From an uncultured Methanosarcinales archaeon (GTDB taxonomy: Archaea > Nanobdellota > Nanobdellia > Woesearchaeales > SKGA01): DNA of 39,761 nucleotides. Below are positions 1 through 9,050 of the stretch, in pieces. The translations under genes and the position numbers were made by a program. Below the pieces are notes generated by a model. That model saw only the letters and a list, made by a program, of their open reading frames with translations. It searched no databases and had not been told where the DNA came from. The DNA lies in contig CAZSZY010000005.1 in assembly GCA_964611285.1 (NCBI GenBank), positions 1 through 39,761 on the forward strand, in the 5' to 3' direction. Position 1 is the stretch's first letter, and every line of letters begins with the position of its first letter.

Positions 1-1
1 C

Positions 2-2218
2 ATGCTTCAAGGTATAGTTCCCAGACCCTATCAACAGGACATTTTTCAAGCGGCAAAAAACAAAAATACTTTAGTAGTTTTACCAACAGGTTTAGGAAAA
101 ACCGCCATTGCTCTTCTTTTAGCTGCGTATCGTCTGGTAAGTTTTCCAAAAAAGAAAATTGTTTTTGTGGCGCCCACTAAACCTTTAGTGGAACAACAGT
201 TATCAGTATTTCAAAAATCTATACTTCTACCTAAAGAAGATTTTTCTTTATTTACAGGATCCGTTTCTCCAGAAAAACGTCACCAGCAATGGCAAAATGC
301 GCGCATCATATTTTCAACACCCCAATCTTTAGAAAACGATCTGTTAAGTGGAAAAATTTCTTTTCAAGATGTTGCTTTACTTATTGTTGATGAGGCGCAT
401 CGCGCGACAGGAGATTATGCTTATACTTTTCTTGCAAAAAAATATGTTGAACAAGCAACTCACACAAGAATTATTGCGTTAACCGCTTCGCCCGGTTCAG
501 ATGAAGCAAAAATAAATGAAGTGTGTACCAATTTACACATAGAACATGTAGAGTATAGAAAAGCATCCGACAACGACGTAAAACCCTTCACAGAAGAAAC
601 TATTATTAAATGGGAAGAAGTTGAGCTAACTCCTGAAATTAAAGCAATAATAAAGTATCTCAAGGATTGTAACACAGAAAAATTAGCAAAAGTTTCCGAG
701 TACGGTTTACTTCCAAAACCCGCGTCGTTTTATTCAAAGACCGCAATTCTCATGCTACAAAGAGCTATTCATGTTCGAATAAGTGAAGGTGAAAAATCTT
801 TTGAAATGCTTCACACGATGAGTCTTTTAGCGCAGAGTTTAAAATTACAACACGCGTTAGAACTTGCTGAAACACAAACTCTTCACGCTCTTTATACTTA
901 TTTTACCTCAATTTTATTAGCTGCAAAACAAGGAAAAACAAAAGCAGTAAAAAATCTAGCTAGAAATCCTTTATTTTTAGCGGCGTTTGCTAAAACCCGC
1001 AATATGATTGCAGATAATAAAGAACATCCCAAAATTAATGCTTTGAAAAATTCCTTGCAAAAAACGTTAGAACAAAAACCTTCCGCAAAAATTATTGTTT
1101 TTACACATTTTAGAGATACCGCTATTCGTTTACAAAAAGAATTAACTCTTTCTTGCAAGCTTTTTTTTGGTCAAGCAAAAAAGAACGGAGAAGGGCTTTC
1201 TCAAAAAGAACAAAAAGAAATTTTGAATAGTTTTAGAGCGGGAGAATTTAACATTCTTATTGCAACAAGTGTTGCTGAAGAAGGGTTGGACATTCCTTCC
1301 GTTGATAATGTATTATTTTTTGAACCAGTTCCTAGTGCAATTCGTTCAGTACAACGAAGAGGAAGAACAGGCAGGCACAGTAAGGGTTTTGTAACGGTTT
1401 TCATTACGAAAGGAACAAGAGATGAAAGCAACAGGTGGTCTGCATTTCACAAAGAAAAACGAATGTTTCGGGCTTTAGAAAAAGTCAATGATATAGCCCC
1501 TCAAAACAAAATTAATTCTTCTCAAAAAGAACTCACTTCATTTCAAAGCGAAAAGAATGTACGTATTGTTGCTGATTTTAGAGAAAAAGGTTCTCCAGTT
1601 CTTAAAGTTCTTCTTGATCAGAAAGTCAACCTAGAATTAAAACAATTGCAAGTTGGTGACTTTGTTTTATCAAAAGATGTTTGTGTAGAATATAAACGAA
1701 TGGACGATTTTCTTTCATCTATTATTGATGGGCGATTATTAACACAACTACGTTCATTAGTGCAATACGAAAAACCTTTGCTTATTTTGGAAGGGAATGA
1801 AAACTTTTCCACGATGAGAAAAGTTGAACAATCCGCCATTCTTGGTATGTATGCAACAATTGCAACATCTTACAAAATCCCCCTGCTTAGAACGTTCTCC
1901 CCAATCGAGACTGCGCGTTTATTGATTACAATCGCTAAACACGAACAATTCGAAGATAAAAGCTCTTTTTCATTTCATTCAGTAAAACCATTTGATAAGG
2001 CGACGCTTCAAGAGTATGTAGTGAGTAGTTTTCCTCAAATAGGTGGTGCGCTTGCTAAAGCATTGCTCAGTCATTTTGACTCGCTTCACAGTTTGGTTAC
2101 AGCGTCCATTGAAGAATTACAGCAAGTACCTCTTATAGGAAAGAAAAAGGCGGAGGAGCTTCATCTCTTGTTTTCTCAGTCCTATAAATCCGCAAAAGAG
2201 GAGTTTTTAGATGTCTGA
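2..2218 (+). CDS. hef: Hef-type helicase-nuclease (SF2 helicase + ERCC4/XPF nuclease + HhH2)
   Basis: 738-aa ORF. Helicase motifs VLPTGLGKT, VDEAHR, TSVAEEGLDIP, QRRGRTGR. C-terminal ERCC4-like region VADFRE...VGDFVL...VEYKRMDDF...IIDGRL, then HhH repeats (IGGALAKALL, VPLIGKKKAEEL). The ATG at nt 2 aligns with the usual Hef N-terminus (PRPYQ), so it is probably complete. Confidence 0.85.
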   Translation: MLQGIVPRPYQQDIFQAAKNKNTLVVLPTGLGKTAIALLLAAYRLVSFPKKKIVFVAPTKPLVEQQLSVFQKSILLPKEDFSLFTGSVSPEKRHQQWQNARIIFSTPQSLENDLLSGKISFQDVALLIVDEAHRATGDYAYTFLAKKYVEQATHTRIIALTASPGSDEAKINEVCTNLHIEHVEYRKASDNDVKPFTEETIIKWEEVELTPEIKAIIKYLKDCNTEKLAKVSEYGLLPKPASFYSKTAILMLQRAIHVRISEGEKSFEMLHTMSLLAQSLKLQHALELAETQTLHALYTYFTSILLAAKQGKTKAVKNLARNPLFLAAFAKTRNMIADNKEHPKINALKNSLQKTLEQKPSAKIIVFTHFRDTAIRLQKELTLSCKLFFGQAKKNGEGLSQKEQKEILNSFRAGEFNILIATSVAEEGLDIPSVDNVLFFEPVPSAIRSVQRRGRTGRHSKGFVTVFITKGTRDESNRWSAFHKEKRMFRALEKVNDIAPQNKINSSQKELTSFQSEKNVRIVADFREKGSPVLKVLLDQKVNLELKQLQVGDFVLSKDVCVEYKRMDDFLSSIIDGRLLTQLRSLVQYEKPLLILEGNENFSTMRKVEQSAILGMYATIATSYKIPLLRTFSPIETARLLITIAKHEQFEDKSSFSFHSVKPFDKATLQEYVVSSFPQIGGALAKALLSHFDSLHSLVTASIEELQQVPLIGKKKAEELHLLFSQSYKSAKEEFLDV

Positions 2219-2262
2219 TAACAGAAATCTTTTTATCTGTGGGCTTATTTGGAGAAGCTAAT

Positions 2263-3876
2263 ATGTTCATAGCAACTTCTTTATCTCATTATAAGCGCAT
2301 CCAAGTAAGAAAGAAGATTATTGCGCAAGCCGAACATAAAGAAGTTAGTGTTATGTATGGGTTAGAAAAGTTTGGAAAGCGACCAGATGTTCTCACGTAT
2401 GAAAATGATGTGCTAGAACTTGCTAAAAAAAAGGCAACTTCTTTTCATTGTTCTGAAGAATCATGGGAAAATCCTTTAGCAATTACTACGGGTTCTTCGC
2501 GTAAAGACTTGGATGCTCTTCGTATTGGATGGGATTTGATTTTGGATATTGATTGTCCTAATTGGAAACTTTCTCGAATAATTACTCATTTATTCATCAA
2601 AGCACTGCAAGATCATGGTATAGTTGCAGTTACTGCAAAGTTTTCAGGTAACAAAGGATTTCATATTGCAGTTCCTTTCGAATCATTTCCCTCACAAATT
2701 CCTTTTCAAGGAGAAATGAAATTAACAAAAGATTTATTTCCTGAAGGTCCACGAAAAATAGCGCTCTATTTACTTTCTTACATTACAAAAAATTATGTTC
2801 GTGTTTTTGATAAAGAACAAAAAGTTATTTTTGAAAATAAACACGAGTTTTTGTTTAGTGATTTTGATTCTATTTTGGAAAAAAACAAAAAGAATCTTGT
2901 TATTCGACAGTGTAGTGATTGTGAAAAATTATTTGAACAAAATACTCGCATAAAAACTTCTGTATTGTATCAGTGTGAGCAATGCGGCGCAGTTTCTAAA
3001 CCAAAAGGATCTCCAGAAATTATTCGTTGCGAAAAATGTTCTTATCCAGTGTCGCCACAACAAAATTCTCGTGCAAATGCTTGTCCTCATTGCGGTTCAA
3101 TAAAAAAACCTCGTCCAGAATTTAATTTGCCAGCAATAGTGGAAGTAGATACAGTGCTTATTGCGTCACGACATTTGTATCGTATGCCTTATTCTTTACA
3201 CGAAAAGTCGGAACTCGCTTCTGTACCTGTTCGATTGGATGATGTTCTTTCCTTTGAAAAGCAATTTGCAGCGCCAGAAAATATTTCTTTTGATGTTTCT
3301 TTTTTAGATAGGTTACAAGCAGTTCCTGGCGAGGGTGGACAATTATTAGTTCGTGCATTTGATGACACTTATGTTCCTGAAGAAGAAGAGCGGGCTAAGG
3401 CAAAGGTTATTGATGTACCTGCTGATGCTATTCCTGAAGACTTTTTCCCTCCTTGTATTAGAAATATTTTGAGTGGTTTAGAAGACGGTAAAAAAAGGGG
3501 ATTGTTTATTTTGGTTAATTTCCTTCGTGTATCTGGTTGGGGTGCTGAACAGATTAAAGAATTAGTGTATGCATGGAACGAGAAAAATCCAGAACCACTT
3601 AAAGAACAATATTTATTAGGTCAACTTAATCAAATAAAGAAGGGTCGAGCACCCATGCCACCTCCTAATTGTTCTAACAAAGACTATTATATTTCTTTAT
3701 TAGTATGTAAGCCAGATGACTTTTGTCCAAAAATTAGAAATCCAGCTATGTATGCTCGTAGAAGAGCAGAGTTAGGAAAGAAGACAATAAAGAAGAAGTC
3801 CAAGAAAGAATCTACTAAAAAAGTAGCAAAATCTTCAAAATCAACTGGAAGAACAGTACAAAAAGACAAAAAATGA
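2263..3876 (+). CDS. Archaeo-eukaryotic DNA primase, PriS catalytic domain fused to a PriL C-terminal (Fe-S) like domain
   Basis: AEP motifs LILDIDCP (DxD), FSGNKGFHIAV, VDTVLIASRHLYRMPYSLH. Two CxxC...CxxC zinc ribbons are inserted between them. The C-terminal FFPPCIRNIL...FLRVSGW...C-x12-C-x5-C resembles the PriL/p58C Fe-S domain. Start moved from the track GTG at 2239 to ATG 2263, which has GGAG 9 nt upstream. Confidence 0.8.
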   Translation: MFIATSLSHYKRIQVRKKIIAQAEHKEVSVMYGLEKFGKRPDVLTYENDVLELAKKKATSFHCSEESWENPLAITTGSSRKDLDALRIGWDLILDIDCPNWKLSRIITHLFIKALQDHGIVAVTAKFSGNKGFHIAVPFESFPSQIPFQGEMKLTKDLFPEGPRKIALYLLSYITKNYVRVFDKEQKVIFENKHEFLFSDFDSILEKNKKNLVIRQCSDCEKLFEQNTRIKTSVLYQCEQCGAVSKPKGSPEIIRCEKCSYPVSPQQNSRANACPHCGSIKKPRPEFNLPAIVEVDTVLIASRHLYRMPYSLHEKSELASVPVRLDDVLSFEKQFAAPENISFDVSFLDRLQAVPGEGGQLLVRAFDDTYVPEEEERAKAKVIDVPADAIPEDFFPPCIRNILSGLEDGKKRGLFILVNFLRVSGWGAEQIKELVYAWNEKNPEPLKEQYLLGQLNQIKKGRAPMPPPNCSNKDYYISLLVCKPDDFCPKIRNPAMYARRRAELGKKTIKKKSKKESTKKVAKSSKSTGRTVQKDKK

Positions 3877-3969
3877 GTTCTTTTTAGACTAAAAAGCCAG
3901 AATTACCCCTTAAGAAAGAAAAAGAACGTCGTTCTAGTCTCTGTTTCGGGTTTTGGTTATTCTCAACGG

Positions 3970-3985
3970 AAACATTTATAAAGAG
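3970..3985 (+). promoter_or_regulatory. Candidate TATA-box promoter of the ribosomal-protein supercluster
   Basis: aacaTTTATAAAgag lies about 150 nt upstream of the rpl3 ATG, in the only sizeable non-coding gap before the cluster. Confidence 0.4.
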
Positions 3986-4129
3986 ATTGTTGTTTCTCCT
4001 CGTTACTCGCAAATTGAGTATTGCGATTAAGTTGGCCTGAAAATAAGCCTTTTTCAGTACCGCATAATAACCGGTTTCTAAAAAAGAGTATTTACTTTCA
4101 GATACAGCCATCTCACAAAGGTTATTAAT

Positions 4130-5116
4130 ATGGGCAAAAGGTTAAATCCGCGACATGGAAGCATGCAAGTATGGCCTCGAAAGAGAGCCGCTAGACAATA
4201 TGCTCGAGTTCGATCATCCCCCAATGCAAAAGATGCAAAACCACTTGGTTTCGCTGGCTATAAAGCAGGAATGACGCACGTTGTGGCTTTAGATTCCTAT
4301 AAACATTCATTAACTAAAGGGGAGCGAGTATCATTTCCTGTAACCGTCATCGAATGTCCTCCACTTCGAATTTCTTCTGTCCGTTTCTATTCCGCTTCTG
4401 GATATGGAATTGATGTGAGTAATGAATTATTTTTTAAAACTGATAAAACTTTTATTCGAAAAACACCTTCTGCAAAAAAACTTTCTACCGATAAAGATAT
4501 TGAATCTGCAGATGTAGCAGGAGTTTCCGATATTTCTATTCAAGTATATACACAACCAAAATTAGTTGGCTTTGGTAAAAAAGTTCCTGAAGTCTTCGAA
4601 TTGCGATTAGGCGGTTCAATTGAAGAAAAACTTAATTTTGTAAAAGAACATTTCAACAAAGAAATTACTGTACGAGATGTTTTAGCCGAAGGAGCAAAAG
4701 TTGATGCTCGAGCAATTACAAAAGGAAAAGGTTTCCAAGGACCTGTTAAACGTTTTGGTGTAAGTCTTCGATCTCATAAATCTGAAAAGACAAAACGAGG
4801 ACCTGGTTCATTAGGTGCCTGGATAGCGCAAGGTCACACCATGTATAGAATGGCTTTTGCAGGTCAAATGGGTTATCATCAACGATTTCAACACAACAAT
4901 TTAATTTTAGGAATTTATGATGATGTTGAGAAAGTAAATCCTGATGGTGGCTTTATTAATTATGGAAATGTAAAGAACACTTATCTTTTAGTAAAAGGTT
5001 CAGTTCCTGGCCCTAAAAAAAGATTAGTTATGCTAACACCTCCTCTTCGAGAAACAAAATCAAAAGCAGTACCAGCAGTCGAGTTTATCAGTACTGAATC
5101 AAAACAAGGTAACTAA
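4130..5116 (+). CDS. rpl3: 50S ribosomal protein uL3
   Basis: N-terminal PRHGSMQVWPRKRA, FAGYKAGMTH, and KGKGFQGPVKRFGV are typical archaeal L3. It is first in the conserved gene order. Confidence 0.97.
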   Translation: MGKRLNPRHGSMQVWPRKRAARQYARVRSSPNAKDAKPLGFAGYKAGMTHVVALDSYKHSLTKGERVSFPVTVIECPPLRISSVRFYSASGYGIDVSNELFFKTDKTFIRKTPSAKKLSTDKDIESADVAGVSDISIQVYTQPKLVGFGKKVPEVFELRLGGSIEEKLNFVKEHFNKEITVRDVLAEGAKVDARAITKGKGFQGPVKRFGVSLRSHKSEKTKRGPGSLGAWIAQGHTMYRMAFAGQMGYHQRFQHNNLILGIYDDVEKVNPDGGFINYGNVKNTYLLVKGSVPGPKKRLVMLTPPLRETKSKAVPAVEFISTESKQGN

Positions 5117-5125
5117 GGTAACAAA

Positions 5126-5956
5126 ATGAAACTAAAAGTCTTTGACAAAACAAATACTGAAAAAAAATCAGTAGAACTACCTGTTCAATTTAATGAACCT
5201 GTTAGATTAGACCTTGTTAAAAGAGCAGTATTAGCACTTCAAGCAGCACGACGACAAAAATATGGAGCAATGCCTGGTGCTGGTCAACGACATTCATCAT
5301 TCCTTTCAAAAAGACGTCATAAGTACAAAAGCACTTATGGTATTGGTCAATCTCGAACTCCAAGAAAGGTTTTGAACAGACGAGGAACAAGATTTTATTA
5401 TGTTGGAGCAACCGCACCACAAACAGTTGGTGGTCGTCGAGCTCATCCTCCTAAAGCAGAAAAAGAGTGGGATCAAAAAATTAATGTTCGTGAGAAGAGA
5501 AAAGCTATTCGTTCTGCTCTTACAGCAACTCTTGATGCACAACTCGTTGCACAACGAGGACATAAAGTTCCAACTACCTATCCTTTTGCAATCGATTCTT
5601 CTTTTGAAGAATTAAATAAAACAAAAGAGGTTATACAAGCTCTAAACACATTAGGTCTATCCGAAGAATTAGAACGAGCAAATGTTACTAGCATCCGAGC
5701 AGGTAAAGGCAAACGACGAGGTCGAAAAACCATTACAAAAAAGTCTGTTCTTTTTGTTGTTTCAAAAGATTGTCCGCTTCTAAAGTCAGGAGCAAATATT
5801 CCAGGAGCAGACATTGTTCCAGTAGCGTCACTTAATGCAGAATTACTGGCGCCTGGAACACACCTTGGTCGTTTAACACTTTTTACTGATACTGCGCTTG
5901 ATATATTAGAACAACAACAATTATTCCTAGACGCAAAGAAAGGTGAAATGAAATGA
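5126..5956 (+). CDS. rpl4: 50S ribosomal protein uL4
   Basis: Position after L3, plus GQSRTPRK...GGRRAHPPK and RAGKGKRRGRK motifs. Confidence 0.95.
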   Translation: MKLKVFDKTNTEKKSVELPVQFNEPVRLDLVKRAVLALQAARRQKYGAMPGAGQRHSSFLSKRRHKYKSTYGIGQSRTPRKVLNRRGTRFYYVGATAPQTVGGRRAHPPKAEKEWDQKINVREKRKAIRSALTATLDAQLVAQRGHKVPTTYPFAIDSSFEELNKTKEVIQALNTLGLSEELERANVTSIRAGKGKRRGRKTITKKSVLFVVSKDCPLLKSGANIPGADIVPVASLNAELLAPGTHLGRLTLFTDTALDILEQQQLFLDAKKGEMK

Positions 5957-6201
5957 TTATTCAAGCAGCACTTTCAACAGAAAAAGCAATTCGTCTAATG
6001 GAATCAGAAAACAAATTAGTATTCATTGTCGATATAAAAGCTACAAAAGCAGATGTAAAAAAAGAACTTGAAACGCTTTTCAAGGCAAAGGTAAAAAAAG
6101 TAAATACATTCATTGGTCCAGACACCAAGAAAAAAGCATATGTCACATTTACCGATGAGACTCCTGCAATTGACATTGCAACAAAATTAGAACTCATGTA
6201 A
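5953..6201 (+). CDS. rpl23: 50S ribosomal protein uL23
   Basis: 82 aa; LSTEKAIRLMESENKLVFIVDIKATKADVKKELE is L23-like. The ATGA overlaps the rpl4 stop. Confidence 0.95.
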   Translation: MIIQAALSTEKAIRLMESENKLVFIVDIKATKADVKKELETLFKAKVKKVNTFIGPDTKKKAYVTFTDETPAIDIATKLELM

Positions 6202-6211
6202 GGTTAACAAA

Positions 6212-6928
6212 ATGGGAAAGATGATTACAGCACAAAAACGGGGTAAAGGAAACGCAACTTTTACAGCACCATCCTTTAAGTTTAAAGGAGAAGCTAAAGT
6301 TTTACCTAGAGAAAGTGCTATGATTATGGATCTCGTTCACTGTGCAGGGCACACCGCACCTCTAGCTCAAGTTTTCTATGAAGACGGGTCAGCTGGTTAC
6401 ATTATCGCAGGAGAAGGAATGGCTGTTGGTGAAGAACTTAACATGAAAGATGCATCCGTTTCACACGGTAATGTCCTTGCACTAAAAGATATTCCTGAAG
6501 GCGTTAACGTCTTTAACATCGAAGCACGTCCAAATGATGGCGGAAAATTCGTTCGTGGTAGCGGAACAACTGCAAAAATCATTTCAAAAGTAAAGGATGG
6601 TGTTATCATTCAATTACCTTCAAAAAAGCAGAAAAAATTTCACCCTGACTGTCGCGCTACAATTGGTGTTGTAGCTGGTGGTGGAAGAGTTGAAAAACCA
6701 TTCCTAAAAGCAGGAAAGAAATTTTACGCTGCAAAAGCTCGAAACAAATATTGGCCAGTTGTGTCAGCAAGTGCAATGAACGCAGTTGCTCACCCATTTG
6801 GTAACAAAAGAACAGCACGTAAATCAAAAGCAAAACCCGCACCTAAGAACGCTCCACCTGGACGACGTGTTGGTGCAATCAGACCTCGTCAAACAGGAAG
6901 ATCTCGTGGTAAACGGGTTAAAGGATAA
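6212..6928 (+). CDS. rpl2: 50S ribosomal protein uL2
   Basis: GGKFVRGSGTTAKII and SAMNAVAHPFGNKRTARK motifs, plus synteny. Confidence 0.97.
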   Translation: MGKMITAQKRGKGNATFTAPSFKFKGEAKVLPRESAMIMDLVHCAGHTAPLAQVFYEDGSAGYIIAGEGMAVGEELNMKDASVSHGNVLALKDIPEGVNVFNIEARPNDGGKFVRGSGTTAKIISKVKDGVIIQLPSKKQKKFHPDCRATIGVVAGGGRVEKPFLKAGKKFYAAKARNKYWPVVSASAMNAVAHPFGNKRTARKSKAKPAPKNAPPGRRVGAIRPRQTGRSRGKRVKG

Positions 6929-6933
6929 ATAAA

Positions 6934-7296
6934 ATGGCAATAAAAGTTTTCAAATTCAAAGGCAAGACGATTGGGGAATTAAAAGAATTATCTATTGATG
7001 ATTTCATGATGTTACTTCCTTCACGTCAACGAAGATCCTACAAGAGAGGATTTTCAGACGAAAAGAAAAAACTTATCGCAAAAATACAAAAAAAAGACAA
7101 CGTAAAAACTCATATTCGTGATTTTATTATTCTGCCTCTCATGGTCGGAAAAACTATTCACATTCATACTGGTAAAGCATTCGTTCCTCTAGTTGTTCTA
7201 GATGAAATGATTGGTCACTCTCTTGGCGACTTCGCACTTACTAGAAAACGAGTAGCACACACAAGTGTTGGCGTAACAAACAAACCGAAAAAATAA
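6934..7296 (+). CDS. rps19: 30S ribosomal protein uS19
   Basis: LPSRQRRSYKRG and IHIHTGKAFVPLVV...IGHSLGDFALTRK motifs, plus synteny. Confidence 0.96.
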   Translation: MAIKVFKFKGKTIGELKELSIDDFMMLLPSRQRRSYKRGFSDEKKKLIAKIQKKDNVKTHIRDFIILPLMVGKTIHIHTGKAFVPLVVLDEMIGHSLGDFALTRKRVAHTSVGVTNKPKK

Positions 7297-7306
7297 GGAT
7301 TAAAAA

Positions 7307-7987
7307 ATGACTACATATGCATTCAAAAATGATGGCAATGATACAGCTAAGGCCTATGGCTCTAACCTAGACATATCTGTAAAAACATCAATTAACATTT
7401 GCAATAAAATTCGTGGTCTAGATGCACAAAAAGCAATAGTTCTCTTAGCAAGAGTACAAAATAAAGAAGAAGCAATTCCTTTCACTCGGTTCACAGATGG
7501 TGTAGGTCATCGAAGAGGAATGGCATCTGGTCGTTATCCTCTTAAAGCATCAGCCGCAATTAGTGATATTATTAAATCTGCAGTTGCAAATGCAGCAAAC
7601 AAAGGTCTTGCTGAAGAACTAGAAATTGTACATATATGCGCACACAAAGCAGGAAGTCCTATGCATCAAGGACGTCAACAACGACGAGCAATGAAAAGAA
7701 CTCATATTGAAGTTGTCCTAAAAGAATCAGAAGTAAAAGCAAAACCTGCAAAGAAAAAAGCAGAAGCTAAATCAAAATCAAAACAAGTAACGCAGAACAC
7801 TGAAAAACCGAAAGCAGATGTTGCGCCTGTTGTCCCTAAAGGATCAAAATCAGAAGAAAAAAAGTCAAAGGATAAACCAGAATCTGTTAAGAAAACTGAA
7901 GAAAAATCCGTGGCTGTTGAAAAATCACAGTCAGAAAAGCTGGACGCCGCAAAGCCGAAAGTAGTCGAGGGGTCTAAGGAACAATGA
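7307..7987 (+). CDS. rpl22: 50S ribosomal protein uL22 with about 85-aa K/E/S-rich C-terminal extension
   Basis: The L22 core is AKAYGSNLDISVKTSINICNKIRG...GHRRGMASGRYPLKA...HIEVVL. The low-complexity tail begins at about residue 139. Confidence 0.95.
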   Translation: MTTYAFKNDGNDTAKAYGSNLDISVKTSINICNKIRGLDAQKAIVLLARVQNKEEAIPFTRFTDGVGHRRGMASGRYPLKASAAISDIIKSAVANAANKGLAEELEIVHICAHKAGSPMHQGRQQRRAMKRTHIEVVLKESEVKAKPAKKKAEAKSKSKQVTQNTEKPKADVAPVVPKGSKSEEKKSKDKPESVKKTEEKSVAVEKSQSEKLDAAKPKVVEGSKEQ

Positions 7988-8853
7988 TTGAAAGAAAATT
8001 CGTTGCACAAAATTTCAAAGAATTCCAAATCAAGGAATACATCAAGAAAGAATTAAGTAGAGTTGGTTTAAGTAACGTTAAACTTCAAAGAACCAGTCTT
8101 GGTGAAAAAATCATTATTTCCGCATCACGCCCAGGTTTAGTAGTTGGTCGAGGAGGCGCAACCATACAACGTCTTACCAGAGAACTACGAGCAAAATTCA
8201 AATTAGAAAATCCTCAAATTGAAATTGAGGAAATTACAGACATTAGCATGGACTCAGGTGTTATCGCTGAAATGATTGTTAATCAATTAGAAAGATTCGG
8301 CACACAAAGGTTCAAAGGCATCGGTCACAAAACATTAGAATCAGTAATGAGAGGAGGCGCACTTGGTGTAGAGATCCTTATCTCAGGAAAAATACCTTCA
8401 TCACGAGCAAAAACTTGGCGATTTGTTGATGGTTACATGAAAAAGTGTGGCGACTTAGCAATCACAGGTGTTAGCACTGCAAAAGAATTTGCAAAATTAA
8501 AAACAGGAATTGTTGGTGTACAAGTAAGAATTATGCCAGGAACAACCGTTCTTCCTGATCAGATTACATTCCACGAAATTGAAGCTCTTTCAGGGCCAGT
8601 TATTGAAGAAGTAGACACTAAAGTAGAACCAGATGCAGAAGCAACCTCTAAAGAAACAACTGAAGAGAAACCAAAAAAAGAATCAAAGAAGACTGCAAAA
8701 ACAACAACTAAAACACGAAACAACACCACGCCTCGCTCTGGCGTAAACAAAGTTGCTGGTGCGCAGAAACAAGAAGTTTCTAGCGAAACAACGAAAAAGG
8801 TTGCAAAGACAGAAAAGCAGACCGCTGTAAAGCAGGAGGCTGATGAGAAGTGA
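7984..8853 (+). CDS. rps3: 30S ribosomal protein uS3 with K/T/E-rich C-terminal extension
   Basis: KH-domain core (ISASRPGLVVGRGGATIQRLTRELR, GHKTLESVMRGGALGVEILISGK). The tail carries NKVAGAQKQEVSS. The ATGA overlaps the rpl22 stop. Confidence 0.96.
   Translation: MIERKFVAQNFKEFQIKEYIKKELSRVGLSNVKLQRTSLGEKIIISASRPGLVVGRGGATIQRLTRELRAKFKLENPQIEIEEITDISMDSGVIAEMIVNQLERFGTQRFKGIGHKTLESVMRGGALGVEILISGKIPSSRAKTWRFVDGYMKKCGDLAITGVSTAKEFAKLKTGIVGVQVRIMPGTTVLPDQITFHEIEALSGPVIEEVDTKVEPDAEATSKETTEEKPKKESKKTAKTTTKTRNNTTPRSGVNKVAGAQKQEVSSETTKKVAKTEKQTAVKQEADEK
8752..8786 (+). repeat. Copy 1 of a conserved 35-nt module (gttgctggtgcgcagaaacaagaagtttctagcga) inside the rps3 tail
   Basis: 34/35 identical to 15606-15640. 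Contains CGC-AGAAAC-AAGAA-GTTTCT-A-GCG hairpin potential. Confidence 0.9.
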
Positions 8854-9050
8854 AGTTTAAAGAACTAAAAGCACTTAGTCCTGCTGACCGAGAGAAAAAA
8901 CTTCTCGAAGCAAAGCAAGAACTCATTAAACTTAACGGTCAAGTAGCCACAGGAACAACCCTGAAAAGTCCTGGCCAAATAAAACAACTAAAGCGAACTA
9001 TAGCTAAACTATTAACGCTACAAAACGAGGAAAAAACAAACAATGGTTGA
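8850..9050 (+). CDS. rpl29: 50S ribosomal protein uL29
   Basis: 66 aa; LKALSPADREKKLLEAKQELIKL...IKQLKRTIAKLLT is L29-like. GTG start with GGAGG about 10 nt upstream. Confidence 0.93.
   Translation: MKFKELKALSPADREKKLLEAKQELIKLNGQVATGTTLKSPGQIKQLKRTIAKLLTLQNEEKTNNG

Noticed and set aside
3884-4111. 75-aa minus-strand ORF in the gap between the primase gene and rpl3.
   Set aside because: There is no SD or TATA context, the composition is odd, and it spans the probable promoter and leader of the r-protein cluster. More likely non-coding.
5578-5964. 128-aa minus-strand ORF inside rpl4, plus similar antisense ORFs inside gyrA (27747-28335, 28936-29799), the trmB-like gene (24001-24360) and the PCNA gene (36368-36718).
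   Set aside because: Each is fully embedded opposite a strongly supported conserved gene. There are no motifs, and such ORFs are typical chance ORFs.
7702-8028. Long antisense ORFs opposite the charged r-protein tails: 7702-8028, 13324-13689, 15407-15655, 15519-15737 and 16330-16650, all on the minus strand.
   Set aside because: They lie exactly opposite GAA/AAA/GCA-rich tail-coding sequence, and their F/S/A-rich low-complexity translations are what the reverse complement of such sequence gives by default. They have no start context or independent signals. The sense-strand genes are unambiguous.
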